Shown one piece after another: positions 37,536-46,781 of a stretch of 64,000 nt of DNA; the first letter of the stretch is position 1; every line of letters starts with the position of its first letter. The notes beneath the pieces were generated by a model, which was given only the letters and a program-made list of their open reading frames with translations, did not search any database and was not told the DNA's origin. Source of the DNA: Candidatus Sericytochromatia bacterium (GTDB taxonomy: Bacteria > Cyanobacteriota > Sericytochromatia > S15B-MN24 > JAQBPE01); NCBI GenBank assembly GCA_035285125.1, contig JAYKHR010000159.1:1-64000 (forward strand), read 5' to 3'. Both the position numbers and the translations under genes were made by a program.

Positions 37536-38795
37536 TCAGCGCGCTTCGCGGAGCACCTGCGCCGGGTCGTCCGCGATGCGAATAAGGAACATCGCGCCGG
37601 GCTTGTTCTCTGCGATGAGGGCCTGCGCGCGCTTGAAAGACGGGTCGAAGCCATCGAGGCGGCTCCCGATCTCGGTGGTGAAGTAGGGGACATGCAACTC
37701 GCCATAGACGAAGTCCCGGATCGTGCCGCACGTCGGGTAGAGCTCGTTGGCCTGGCAGGGCTTGTACTTGTTGAAGCCCGCCAGCTTGGTGCCGATGGTC
37801 TCGAGCAGCTTCGCGTCCGCCGGTTTGGCAGAGGTCCAGCCCCAAGGCCACATGATCAGGTTCGAGTAGGCGTGGTAGTCCATGCCAATCTTGAGGTTCG
37901 GGATGCCCGACAGGAACGACTTGATCGCCTGGGTCTCAGGCTCGGAAGCGGCCGAGGGCCCCTGGTAGGTCGGAGACGACGGCTGGCCGCTCGAGCCGCC
38001 GTTATCCAAGCCCCACTTGAACGGGAAGTTGCGGTTGAGATCGACGCCGATGCCTCCCGTGAAGGGGTGGGTGTTCTTGCGCCAGTCCTGACCCTTTTCA
38101 GCTTGATGATGACCGTCGGGGTTTGCCATCGGCAGCACGTGGATCACCCGCGAATCGACAAGGCGCGTGATCTCGGCGTCCTTGCCGTAGCCCTCCAAAA
38201 GATCCTTGACCAGCCCCATCGCCAGTTCGACAGGCACCAACTCCCGGGCGTGGACGTTCGCAGTAAAGGCGACGGCTGGCCGGCCCGTCGCATCACCCTT
38301 GCCGGTGATGCGCACCGTCCAAAGCTGGCGGTCCGCCTTGCCCTGGGTGGTTTCCCAGGAGGGGCCCGCGCTTCGCAGCGTCACGAGGTCGGGGTGGCGA
38401 GAGGCCAGGGCCCTGAGCTCGGCCGTCACCTGCTCGTAGGTCCTGTAGCCCGCGTCGAAGCTGTTGCGCACGCCGAAGCCCGGCGCGTTCTCAGGTTCCA
38501 GGGAGAACTTGAGGCCCCTTGCCTTGAGCCTCGAAAGGTCCTGGGCGAGGATGCGACCGAAGGCCTGCCTGCGCGGCATCTCGACCCCGAAGACGTCCAG
38601 GCCACCGTCAACAGCCTGCGCAAGCTGGGCCGGCGTTGCGTAGTCGAGGCGCACCGCCAAACCAGCTGGGCGAGCGCCCGCCTGAGGGGTGGGCAGGGGA
38701 ACGGCCCCCTGGGTCCGACAGCCGGCCAAGATGGCCGCCAGCACCACGCCAGAGAGGGCGAGGCGCCACAGGGTGGTTTGGCTTGAAGGCGACAT
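37536..38795 (-). CDS. M14 zinc carboxypeptidase (carboxypeptidase T-like), lipoprotein
   Basis: Lipobox LAGC; HARE (Zn ligands), NPDG, WRKN, GVDLNRNF, SEPET, DYHAYS, TTEIG. Confidence 0.92.
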   Translation of the reverse strand: MSPSSQTTLWRLALSGVVLAAILAGCRTQGAVPLPTPQAGARPAGLAVRLDYATPAQLAQAVDGGLDVFGVEMPRRQAFGRILAQDLSRLKARGLKFSLEPENAPGFGVRNSFDAGYRTYEQVTAELRALASRHPDLVTLRSAGPSWETTQGKADRQLWTVRITGKGDATGRPAVAFTANVHARELVPVELAMGLVKDLLEGYGKDAEITRLVDSRVIHVLPMANPDGHHQAEKGQDWRKNTHPFTGGIGVDLNRNFPFKWGLDNGGSSGQPSSPTYQGPSAASEPETQAIKSFLSGIPNLKIGMDYHAYSNLIMWPWGWTSAKPADAKLLETIGTKLAGFNKYKPCQANELYPTCGTIRDFVYGELHVPYFTTEIGSRLDGFDPSFKRAQALIAENKPGAMFLIRIADDPAQVLREAR

Positions 38796-39010
38796 GCGGG
38801 CGGGCTCCGACGAGGGGGGACCCGTCGATTATCCTGCCAGAGGTTCGCACGCTTGTTTATATAGCGGATAAATTAACCTTAAAGTTTATTAAGCGTTTGA
38901 TATCCCCGCGTCCGGCCAACCACGGTGCACACCTGCCAGTCGCGGGTAAAAAAGGATTGCCCCTCCTTGCGCAACCGCCACCAGGCGCCACCAGAACGGC
39001 TGAGAAGACC

Positions 39011-41677
39011 TTGTCCAGCGAGCATCTCCGACCCCGGCCATCGGGCAACGAGCAGGTCCTCCGCGGGAGGCTGCTGTCGACCTTGGTGGTCGCAGCCGTG
39101 ACGGCCAGCGCGTGTGCGCCGGCCTCCAGCCCCGCCCCCGTGGGCCCGTCTCGCGCTGGCGACGGGCCTCCAGCGGCTCCCGGGCGCCCTCCGAGGGACC
39201 TGATGCCCGGCGCCACGGGTGTGACGCCGAACGGACCGCAGGTCCCGCTGGCGGCCCCGGGGCCGGCGCCCGTAACGCCGCCATCGGGCGTGACCACGGG
39301 CGCGCCCTCCCCGGCAACGGACCGCGACGAGGATCTGGTAAGTCGGAGGCGGAGCGTGGCCCCCCTGGGCATCTACGGCCGTGTGACAGCCCCGTCCCGC
39401 CTGCTTTCGGACCAGGGCGGCGCCATCGTCAGCAACAACGGCGCCACCATCGTCAGCAACAACGGCGCCGGGGTGCTGTCGAACAGCGGCGGAAGGCTCA
39501 TCAGCGACGCGGGGGGCTCCCTCCTCGGCAAGGTGAGGCTTTACAAGGCACCCCAGCCACGTTACGGCCTGCTCGCGCTGGAGCCTCACCGCGCGCTGAC
39601 CCAGGCGTTCCTGTACCTGACGGATCCCGACGAGCGCTTCTACGTCGGCGCCGCAACGACGGTGGCGTCAGACGGCACCTTCCAGTTCCCGATGAACGTC
39701 CCGACGGGCCAGAACGTCATCGTGAACGCGCAACTGAACGACAACCTGCGCATGACGGGCTACGTGCAGCCAGGCACCAGCGACGAGGTCAACATCAACC
39801 TCGGTTCCACGCTCGCCACAGAACTGCTCCGCGGCGAGGCCAGGCGGCGGGGCGAGAGCCTCGCCAGCTTCGCCCACGCGCTGTTCCGTGACCTCGCCAG
39901 GCAGACCCAGGCGCTCCTCGAGGCGGGGCTCATCGCCTCCGTGCTGGTGGACCGCGACGAGTCCGAGCAGGACGTCCCCGTGGCCAGGTTCGACCTGCGC
40001 GCGGACCAGCGGCAAAACCTGCGGAACCAGTACGTCGTGGCTCTCTCCGCAGCGGAACCGGCGAATGTAGCAATTCGAGCGCTCTCGGACGGATGGAAGA
40101 CGCTGCTGGGAGAGCGCCCCAGCGCCGTGACCTCCGTGCTCGGCAACGGCGAGGCCCCACAGGTCGAAGCCACCGACTTCTTCGCGTTCGGGTTCGCCGA
40201 GGGCGACACGCGCGACGGCTCGGCACCTCGCCCCCTCAAGGTGCCGCTGGGCTACAACTACAGCGTCGCGTGCTCACCCGCGCAGAACACCTTCGGTGGC
40301 CACGACGTGTTCCTCGGGTGTGCCACCTCCGCGGGCAGCAGTGGCCACATCCGCTGGCTGCGCCTCGACGCGACGGGCGCCGTGCGCAAGGTCACCACCC
40401 TGTGGCTCCCGACCTACGCCGTGGGCCAACCCTTGGGAATCTGCCTCGAGAAGCCCCCCACGGGCAACGTGGCGGACCCGGGTGCGTTGCTGGTCGCGGA
40501 CCCTGGCACCAACCGCGTGTACCGCATCTACCTGATCGACGAGGCCATCGAGAACGTCACGTACACTTTCGGCCAGCCAATCGATCACGACAAGGACCCT
40601 TCAACCCCGGACATCACCCCCAGCCTCGAGACCGAGCGGCACCTGATGGAGGTCGTGGCGGGCGAGTCGGAGCCCAGCTACGCGGGGCACCCCGACCTCG
40701 GCTACCTCAGCGCCGACCACCCACTGGTGGTCGACAACGTGCCGTATGCTGGCCGGGACCCCGGCATCCCGGCACTCTCAGGCTTCCGGGCCGGCGACGA
40801 AGGGCCGCGCACCTATGGCAACAGCGGCGCCATCAAGGGGCCGGCCCGCTACGCCCACCTGGATCAGCCGTGGGACGTCGAGGTCGATGAGCTGGGCAAC
40901 GTCTACATCGCAGACAAGGGCAACCACCGCATCCGGTTCATCCCCAAGGCCGATGGCAGCTACTTCGGTTACAAGGCCCCCCAAAGGGACGCCGACCAGG
41001 TGGTTACAAGCTTGGGCGCCCCAACCCCGATGGTGGCAGGCGCCATCTACACCATTGCAGGCAACCCTGCCTGGGACCCTTCCCGCGTGCCCTTCGGTGC
41101 CACCGGCTGGTTCGGAGAGTTCGACGGAGACGGCGGGCCAGGGCAGCTGGCGCGCTTCGACCAGCCCTTCTCGCTGGCCTGGAACAACGTCGACAAGTGC
41201 CTGTATATCGCCGACTTCGACAACCAGCGCGTGCGCCGGATCAGTCGGGCAGACGGCACCGTCTCCACCGTGGTCGGCAACCCGACGGGTCCCCAGCGCA
41301 ACAACGCCCAGGGAGACTTCGACTACGCCCCCGCGGAGACCCTTCAGGACGCCGGGGACGCGGTGGTGCCCACCCAGGCCCGGCTCAGCTTCCCCCGCGG
41401 GCTGGCCTTCGACGCCACCTACCAGCGCCTGTACATCGCGGACTCGGGCGCGGGCCTGGTCCGGATGCTCGGACCTGACGGCAAGCTCCACAACGTGGCC
41501 GGGCGCTTCCACGCCCCGGGCGTCAACGGCACCGACAACGCCCGCGACGGCGACGCGAGGCACTGGGCCGACCTCTACGACACCGAGAAGATCGACGTCG
41601 ACGCCAACGGCAACGTGTACCTTCAAGACTACCGACACGGGCGCCTGCGGTCGCTCTGGCGGCAGTGGGAGCAATGA
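39011..41677 (+). CDS. Large NHL-repeat lipoprotein with octapeptide SNNG repeats
   Basis: Lipobox TASAC (start uncertain; TTG 39011 chosen), Pro-rich linker, NHL repeats (YIADKGNHRIR, YIADFDNQRVR). Confidence 0.75.
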   Translation: MSSEHLRPRPSGNEQVLRGRLLSTLVVAAVTASACAPASSPAPVGPSRAGDGPPAAPGRPPRDLMPGATGVTPNGPQVPLAAPGPAPVTPPSGVTTGAPSPATDRDEDLVSRRRSVAPLGIYGRVTAPSRLLSDQGGAIVSNNGATIVSNNGAGVLSNSGGRLISDAGGSLLGKVRLYKAPQPRYGLLALEPHRALTQAFLYLTDPDERFYVGAATTVASDGTFQFPMNVPTGQNVIVNAQLNDNLRMTGYVQPGTSDEVNINLGSTLATELLRGEARRRGESLASFAHALFRDLARQTQALLEAGLIASVLVDRDESEQDVPVARFDLRADQRQNLRNQYVVALSAAEPANVAIRALSDGWKTLLGERPSAVTSVLGNGEAPQVEATDFFAFGFAEGDTRDGSAPRPLKVPLGYNYSVACSPAQNTFGGHDVFLGCATSAGSSGHIRWLRLDATGAVRKVTTLWLPTYAVGQPLGICLEKPPTGNVADPGALLVADPGTNRVYRIYLIDEAIENVTYTFGQPIDHDKDPSTPDITPSLETERHLMEVVAGESEPSYAGHPDLGYLSADHPLVVDNVPYAGRDPGIPALSGFRAGDEGPRTYGNSGAIKGPARYAHLDQPWDVEVDELGNVYIADKGNHRIRFIPKADGSYFGYKAPQRDADQVVTSLGAPTPMVAGAIYTIAGNPAWDPSRVPFGATGWFGEFDGDGGPGQLARFDQPFSLAWNNVDKCLYIADFDNQRVRRISRADGTVSTVVGNPTGPQRNNAQGDFDYAPAETLQDAGDAVVPTQARLSFPRGLAFDATYQRLYIADSGAGLVRMLGPDGKLHNVAGRFHAPGVNGTDNARDGDARHWADLYDTEKIDVDANGNVYLQDYRHGRLRSLWRQWEQ
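39401..39520 (+). repeat. Five in-frame 24-bp (octapeptide) tandem repeats
   Basis: LLSDQGGA-IVSNNGAT-IVSNNGAG-VLSNSGGR-LISDAGGS; exact 23-bp duplicate at 39423-39445 and 39447-39469. Confidence 0.9.
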
Positions 41678-43878
41678 CCATGGGACGAGTTGGACGCCTG
41701 TCCTCGGGCCTGGCCCTCGCGATGCTGACCGGTTGCGCCACCCCCGGCCCGGCCCCCGTGGGCCAGCAGGCCTGGCGGCCCGCGGCCAAGCGGCCCTTCC
41801 AGCCAGCAGGGCGCGACGCCTCCAGCGCCAGCGCGCAGCCTCCAGCGAACCTTCAGTCCCTCCCCCTGCAGCAGGCTCGCCAGTTCCGCTCGCTGAACGT
41901 CGCGCAGGATCTCACGGGCACGGCCTCCTTGCAACTGGTGGACGAGGCCTACTTCGGTGACAACGCGGCGCCGTTCAGGCTGCTGTCCGTGTCCAGGCCC
42001 CTGGGACGCGCGCTGGTGACCATCTCTAGCCTGGACGAGGCGCTCTACACGCGATCAGGGAGGGTCGTGCAAGCCTACACCGACGCCAGCGGCACCTACA
42101 GGGTTGCTGCCGGGGTGCCTGCCAGCGAGGCCTGCGTGGTGAACGTTACCTTTGCGGGCGGGCATCGCCTTGCCGCCATCGCCCCCGCTGGCGCAGGCCA
42201 CCGCGACGTCGATGAGGTATCCACCCTGGTCGCCGAGATGGCACGCTGGCAGCTCAGGCCTGACGCCTCGGCCAACGGCCCCTCCGTGCAGGCCCTCACC
42301 ACGGCCACGCTGATGAACTTGGAGGCCCTGACGCGAGACATCGCCAGCTCGGTGCCGCTACCCGTGGCGGCTGGCCAGGTGCCAGCCATCGACTCCCTAC
42401 AACTCGGGGCCGGCCACCCGCTTCGCAATGCCTATATGGAGGCCTTCGGCAGCCGCGTGTCAGCAGCCGGCACCAGCGTGGCCGACCAGCTCGCCGACGC
42501 CTGGCGGTCGGTGTTGGGGTTCCAGCCCCTGGCCCTGTCTCGCGTGGTGGGCGTGGGGATCCGGGGTTACAACCAGAGCGACGGCCAGCCCGCGCTGGAG
42601 GCCCAATTGGTGGCGCCAATGGCCGCGGCGATGGACAGCTTCGGGCACGTGTACCTCTCGCAGTACGACGTCCAACTCGTGACGATGGTGCCGGGCACGG
42701 CGCTGGTGGGTCCCGTGTACGGCGAAGACCAGGGGACGCTGGACGCGGGCAAGCTGTACACCATCGGAGGCGTCGTGAACGGCCCCAAGGACCCCAACGC
42801 CTGGGAGGACCTGTTCCGGACCGTCGCTGCCGCCAGCTTGGGTGATGGGGTGCCGATGTTCGATGCAGACCCGACCGCGGCCCAGGGCTTCCCTCTGTAC
42901 TCACCTCACAAGGTGGTGCTCGAGGAGGCCCCGACCGTCCAGCGCAGCCACGTCTACCTCACCCAACCCTTTTGCGGCAGGGTGATGCTGATGCCAGCCG
43001 AAAACATCCGTCACTTCGGGCGCAACGACCTCACCCGCGATCCCTACCAACCCCGCCGCCTCTACGCCGTGGCGGGTCGCGGGGTGCCGTTGTCGCCGGC
43101 CGAGGCGGATGCCTGGGCGCCTGCAGCGGACGGGGAGCTCGCCACGGAGGCCGGCCTTTATTACCCGACGGGACTGGCCCGAGACTCTGCAGGCAACGTG
43201 TGGGTGCTGGACGCTGGCAACGGCCAGCCGGGCACGGGGGGATTGCTGGTGGTGGCCGAAGCCGACGGACGAATCTACCGCATCCCCCTGACCCGCGACG
43301 GCCAGCCATTCACCCCAGACGGTGCGCTGGACGTCGTGCTGGCGCCCGGGGAAGGCCACCTCTACATCGCGGACACCGAGCGCCACTGGGTCTTCCGGCT
43401 GCCCAAGCCGACGGTCGGGCCACAGGGGACGCCGACAGCCATCGAGCGCGTCGCGGGCCGCCCGCCCGCCAACCCCGAGGCCTTCGTCTATGTCGGCACG
43501 CCAGGCTTCGTCGACGCCACGGCCAGGCCCTACCCGAGCATCTATGACGTCAGCAGCGCGGAGCCAGACTTCACCGCCGAGCCCCCGACGCCGCAGGCCG
43601 TGACGACCCTGCTGAACCGGCCTGGCTCGCTGTGCTTCGATGCGACGGGAGACCTGCTGATCGCCGACACGGGCAATGGCCGGATCAAGCTGAAGCGGGG
43701 AGACGCCCTGTACACCATCGCCGGGGGGCTCGACACCCGCTACCTGACGGGAGATGCCCGGCTCGCCTTCCTGCCCGCCACCGGTTACATGTCCCGCGAC
43801 TCGGCTGGCAACGTCCTCGTGACAGACAGGCGCGAAGCCGTCGTGCGTCGGCTCCACACCGCGCGCGGAAGCCTCTGA
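41674..43878 (+). CDS. NHL-repeat lipoprotein, distant paralog of the upstream gene
   Basis: ATGA overlap; lipobox LTGC; shared STL.(A)E, LRN.Y and L(S/A)D.W...LG..P motifs; NHL repeats. Confidence 0.78.
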   Translation: MTMGRVGRLSSGLALAMLTGCATPGPAPVGQQAWRPAAKRPFQPAGRDASSASAQPPANLQSLPLQQARQFRSLNVAQDLTGTASLQLVDEAYFGDNAAPFRLLSVSRPLGRALVTISSLDEALYTRSGRVVQAYTDASGTYRVAAGVPASEACVVNVTFAGGHRLAAIAPAGAGHRDVDEVSTLVAEMARWQLRPDASANGPSVQALTTATLMNLEALTRDIASSVPLPVAAGQVPAIDSLQLGAGHPLRNAYMEAFGSRVSAAGTSVADQLADAWRSVLGFQPLALSRVVGVGIRGYNQSDGQPALEAQLVAPMAAAMDSFGHVYLSQYDVQLVTMVPGTALVGPVYGEDQGTLDAGKLYTIGGVVNGPKDPNAWEDLFRTVAAASLGDGVPMFDADPTAAQGFPLYSPHKVVLEEAPTVQRSHVYLTQPFCGRVMLMPAENIRHFGRNDLTRDPYQPRRLYAVAGRGVPLSPAEADAWAPAADGELATEAGLYYPTGLARDSAGNVWVLDAGNGQPGTGGLLVVAEADGRIYRIPLTRDGQPFTPDGALDVVLAPGEGHLYIADTERHWVFRLPKPTVGPQGTPTAIERVAGRPPANPEAFVYVGTPGFVDATARPYPSIYDVSSAEPDFTAEPPTPQAVTTLLNRPGSLCFDATGDLLIADTGNGRIKLKRGDALYTIAGGLDTRYLTGDARLAFLPATGYMSRDSAGNVLVTDRREAVVRRLHTARGSL

Positions 43879-44126
43879 TCCGACCGCCGGCCGTTGCGAT
43901 TTCCAGGCAAGGTTCCGGACCACAGGGCCGACAAGGACCTCGGAGTTGGAGAGGCCCCTCAGCGTATAGGGGGCACCACCGCATCCCCCGCAGGGCAGAG
44001 ACTGTCCGAGGGAGCGGCACGAGGTTCTGCGTGCCGTCAGGGTGGGCCCGCAAGGGGTTTACAACTGGCCTGAAGTGGTATGGAGAGCTTGGGGAGCCGT
44101 TGCACCCCGCAGGAAGGAGTCGGACG

Positions 44127-44321
44127 ATGCGCATTCAAAAGACGGTCGAGCCCGCGCTGCAGCCCCCCGTGGCCAGGCCCGCCACTGACAAACCTGCGGC
44201 CAAGGCGCCCAGCTTCGACGCCGACACCTTCGTCCGCAGTGGCCGCAACCCGGATGGCGATGTCGGCGGCAACGGCAGCTACGGCACGGGTGCTCCCTCC
44301 ACGGGCGCGCGCAGCCGCTGA
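44127..44321 (+). CDS. Small hypothetical protein (64 aa)
   Basis: Strong RBS AAGGAG before ATG 44127; MRIQKTVEPALQPPVARP...SFDADTFVRSGRNPDGDVGGNGSYGTGAPSTGARSR. Confidence 0.55.
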   Translation: MRIQKTVEPALQPPVARPATDKPAAKAPSFDADTFVRSGRNPDGDVGGNGSYGTGAPSTGARSR

Positions 44322-44450
44322 GCGCGCCTCTGGCTTGGCCGTCGTCAAGGCTCAGGCAGCGGGCGGCGACCCGTTTATGGCCCCGTCGCTCGGGGAACAA
44401 ATGCGGCAGTCGTGGCGTCCCATCAAGGACGTGACCGGAGGCCCGACCCC

Positions 44451-46766
44451 ATGCGGTGCAAGACGCGGCTTCCAGCCGCCCTCATAGGCTTACTCGTCGT
44501 CTTGATGGGCTGCAGCACGCCCCCCCCGACGGCAGCGCCCGATGAGCCCGTGCGCAAGCCCACCAAGCGCCCCTCCCCCGGCCCGTCGCCGTCGGCGGAC
44601 GCCTCCAAGGCCCCTGGCGAAACGCCCGCCCCGGCGGGCTCACCGGGGTCGGGAGCATCCCCCACCGCGACCCAGACCCCCACGGCCTCGGGCACGCTGG
44701 TGGCCTCTGCGGATCCGGCCGCCACGGCGACCCTCCAGCCGCCGGCAGAGCTCAAGGTGCTGGACCTCAACGGCAACGCCGCCGTGGGAGTGACCGTGAG
44801 GTTCTACCCGGCTCAGGAAGGCGCCCCGGCAGCCTACAGGGCCCGCCGTCTGCTGGCGACGGTGCTCAACGAGACCACCACCAACCTGCAAGGGATCTTC
44901 ACCACGGGGACGCTGGCAGACGCCAGCTACAACGTGGAGGCTTTCAAGGACGCGACGACCAAGGCCTTCGCCTTCAACATCCCCGTCAAGCGGCAAAGCC
45001 TCAGCCTCCAACTCGCCGCCACCGGCAGCGTGTCAGGCACCATCAAGCGCCCGGGCGCAACGGACCACTCTGGCATCACGGTGCGCCTGCTGGGGACGCC
45101 GTACATCGGCTCCACCACCTCGGCAGGCACCTTCAAGCTCGAGGGCGTACCGCAGGGCACCTACCAACTCTATGGCGAGCGCGAAGGCAACACCTACACG
45201 CAGCGGGACGTGGTCATCGGCTCTGCGAAGGACACGGCGCTGCCTGAGGCCCAGCTGTCCTCGCTCAATCCAGTGCTGACCTCCGTGACCCCCGCGAGCG
45301 GGGGCAAGGGCACCCAGGTGACGGTCAAGGGGCTGGGGTTTGCAGCCGGCAAGCCCCTCGGCGTCAAGTTCGGCACCTTTGCAGGCACGGCGACCAGGGT
45401 CGACGACACGACGCTGACGGTGACGGTGCCTCCCGTGGCTGGGACCAGCCTGGTGATCTCCGTGGATGGCCGGGACAGCAACGCCCTCACCTTCGCGCCC
45501 ATCACGTCGCTGCTGATCACGAACCCGCCCTCGGAGGTCCGCCTCAACCAAACGGCCTCGCTGACGGTGCAGGCCTTCGACGACGAAACGCCCGTGCCGA
45601 ACCCTGCCGTGACCTGGGATGCGGCCGGCGCCGTCACGGTCGATGCAAACGGCCTGGTGCGAGGGACCCAGGTGGGCACGGGCACCGTCCGGGTGCGCAG
45701 CGGTGAGGTCACCAGCCCAGAGGTCGCCATCCGGGTGCTGGGAGAGATTGCCGTGACCACGGTGGCCGGCAACGGGCAGAACGGCACCGTCGAGGGCCCC
45801 GCCACCACCGCTGGGTTCCGTGCGCCGGCCGGGCTGGCGTTCGAGCCAACATCCGGCGACCTCTACATCTCGGACTTCGAGGGCCAGCGCATCCGACGGC
45901 TGACCCAGGCCGGAGAGGTCTCGACCATCGCCGGCTCCGACACCCCGGGCCTGGCGGACGATGCCGGCGTGGCTGCCACGTTCAACTTCCCCATCCAGCT
46001 GAGCTTCGATCCAGTGGGCGGGCCGTCATTGCTCGTGTCGGACGTCATCAACCATCGCATCCGACGCGTCACGCTGGCAGGCCAGGTCTCCACGGTGTGC
46101 GGCAGCGGGCCCATCGGCATCGACCAGGACGGCAACGGGGGCGGGTTTGCCGACGGCGCCGCGAACGCGGCCCTGTTCCGCGCCATGCAGTCCGCCAGGC
46201 GCGCACCCGACGGCAGCATCTACATCTCCGACACCCTCAACAACCGCATCCGACGCCTGGACACCAGCGGCAACGTCACGACGGTGGCGGGCAGTGGCGA
46301 CACCGGCAGTGATGACGGCGTGGGCACCGCCGCCTCGTTCAGCGGCGCCTGCGACCTCGCGATCGCCCCGGACGGCACCATCTACATTGCCGACACCAAC
46401 AATGATCGCATCCGCAGGCTGGCGCCAGACGGCACGGTGACGACGGTCGCAGGGGGCGCCCAGGGGCGACGGGACGGCCAGGCCAACGAAGCGCAGTTCG
46501 CCAACCCCTTCGGGCTGGCCCTGAACCCGATGACCAACAGGCTCTACGTCTCCGAGCTCGGCAACCACGCCATCCGCGAGATTGATCTCGGGGCCAACCC
46601 CATCGTGGTTCGCACGATATGCGGTGGCACGCAGGGCTTCGCGGACGGCAACCAGACCTCCGCCCAGCTGAACCAGCCGCACGGCCTCGCGCTGGACGGC
46701 AACGGCCGCCTCTACGTCGCAGACCTCGGCAACAGGCGGATCCGGCGCATCACGCTGGACCGCTGA
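44451..46766 (+). CDS. Lipoprotein: carboxypeptidase-regulatory-like, IPT/TIG, Ig-like and NHL repeats (paralog of 35057-37423)
   Basis: Lipobox LMGC; P/S/T linker; KAFAFNIP...LQLAATGSVSG matches KAFQFNVP...LQLANTGTIRG; C-terminal T.CG...GF.DG...Q.NQP..LALD..G.L.V.D.GNRR.R in both. Confidence 0.82.
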   Translation: MRCKTRLPAALIGLLVVLMGCSTPPPTAAPDEPVRKPTKRPSPGPSPSADASKAPGETPAPAGSPGSGASPTATQTPTASGTLVASADPAATATLQPPAELKVLDLNGNAAVGVTVRFYPAQEGAPAAYRARRLLATVLNETTTNLQGIFTTGTLADASYNVEAFKDATTKAFAFNIPVKRQSLSLQLAATGSVSGTIKRPGATDHSGITVRLLGTPYIGSTTSAGTFKLEGVPQGTYQLYGEREGNTYTQRDVVIGSAKDTALPEAQLSSLNPVLTSVTPASGGKGTQVTVKGLGFAAGKPLGVKFGTFAGTATRVDDTTLTVTVPPVAGTSLVISVDGRDSNALTFAPITSLLITNPPSEVRLNQTASLTVQAFDDETPVPNPAVTWDAAGAVTVDANGLVRGTQVGTGTVRVRSGEVTSPEVAIRVLGEIAVTTVAGNGQNGTVEGPATTAGFRAPAGLAFEPTSGDLYISDFEGQRIRRLTQAGEVSTIAGSDTPGLADDAGVAATFNFPIQLSFDPVGGPSLLVSDVINHRIRRVTLAGQVSTVCGSGPIGIDQDGNGGGFADGAANAALFRAMQSARRAPDGSIYISDTLNNRIRRLDTSGNVTTVAGSGDTGSDDGVGTAASFSGACDLAIAPDGTIYIADTNNDRIRRLAPDGTVTTVAGGAQGRRDGQANEAQFANPFGLALNPMTNRLYVSELGNHAIREIDLGANPIVVRTICGGTQGFADGNQTSAQLNQPHGLALDGNGRLYVADLGNRRIRRITLDR

Positions 46767-46781
46767 CGGGCCAAGGGGCCG

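Noticed and set aside
39401..39520. 24-bp repeats as a CRISPR array
   Set aside because: They are in-frame coding repeats with no unique spacers, and there are no cas genes.
44127..44321. Small ORF as a lasso peptide or other RiPP precursor
   Set aside because: No Thr at -2 of a plausible core, and no cyclase, RRE or radical SAM gene nearby.
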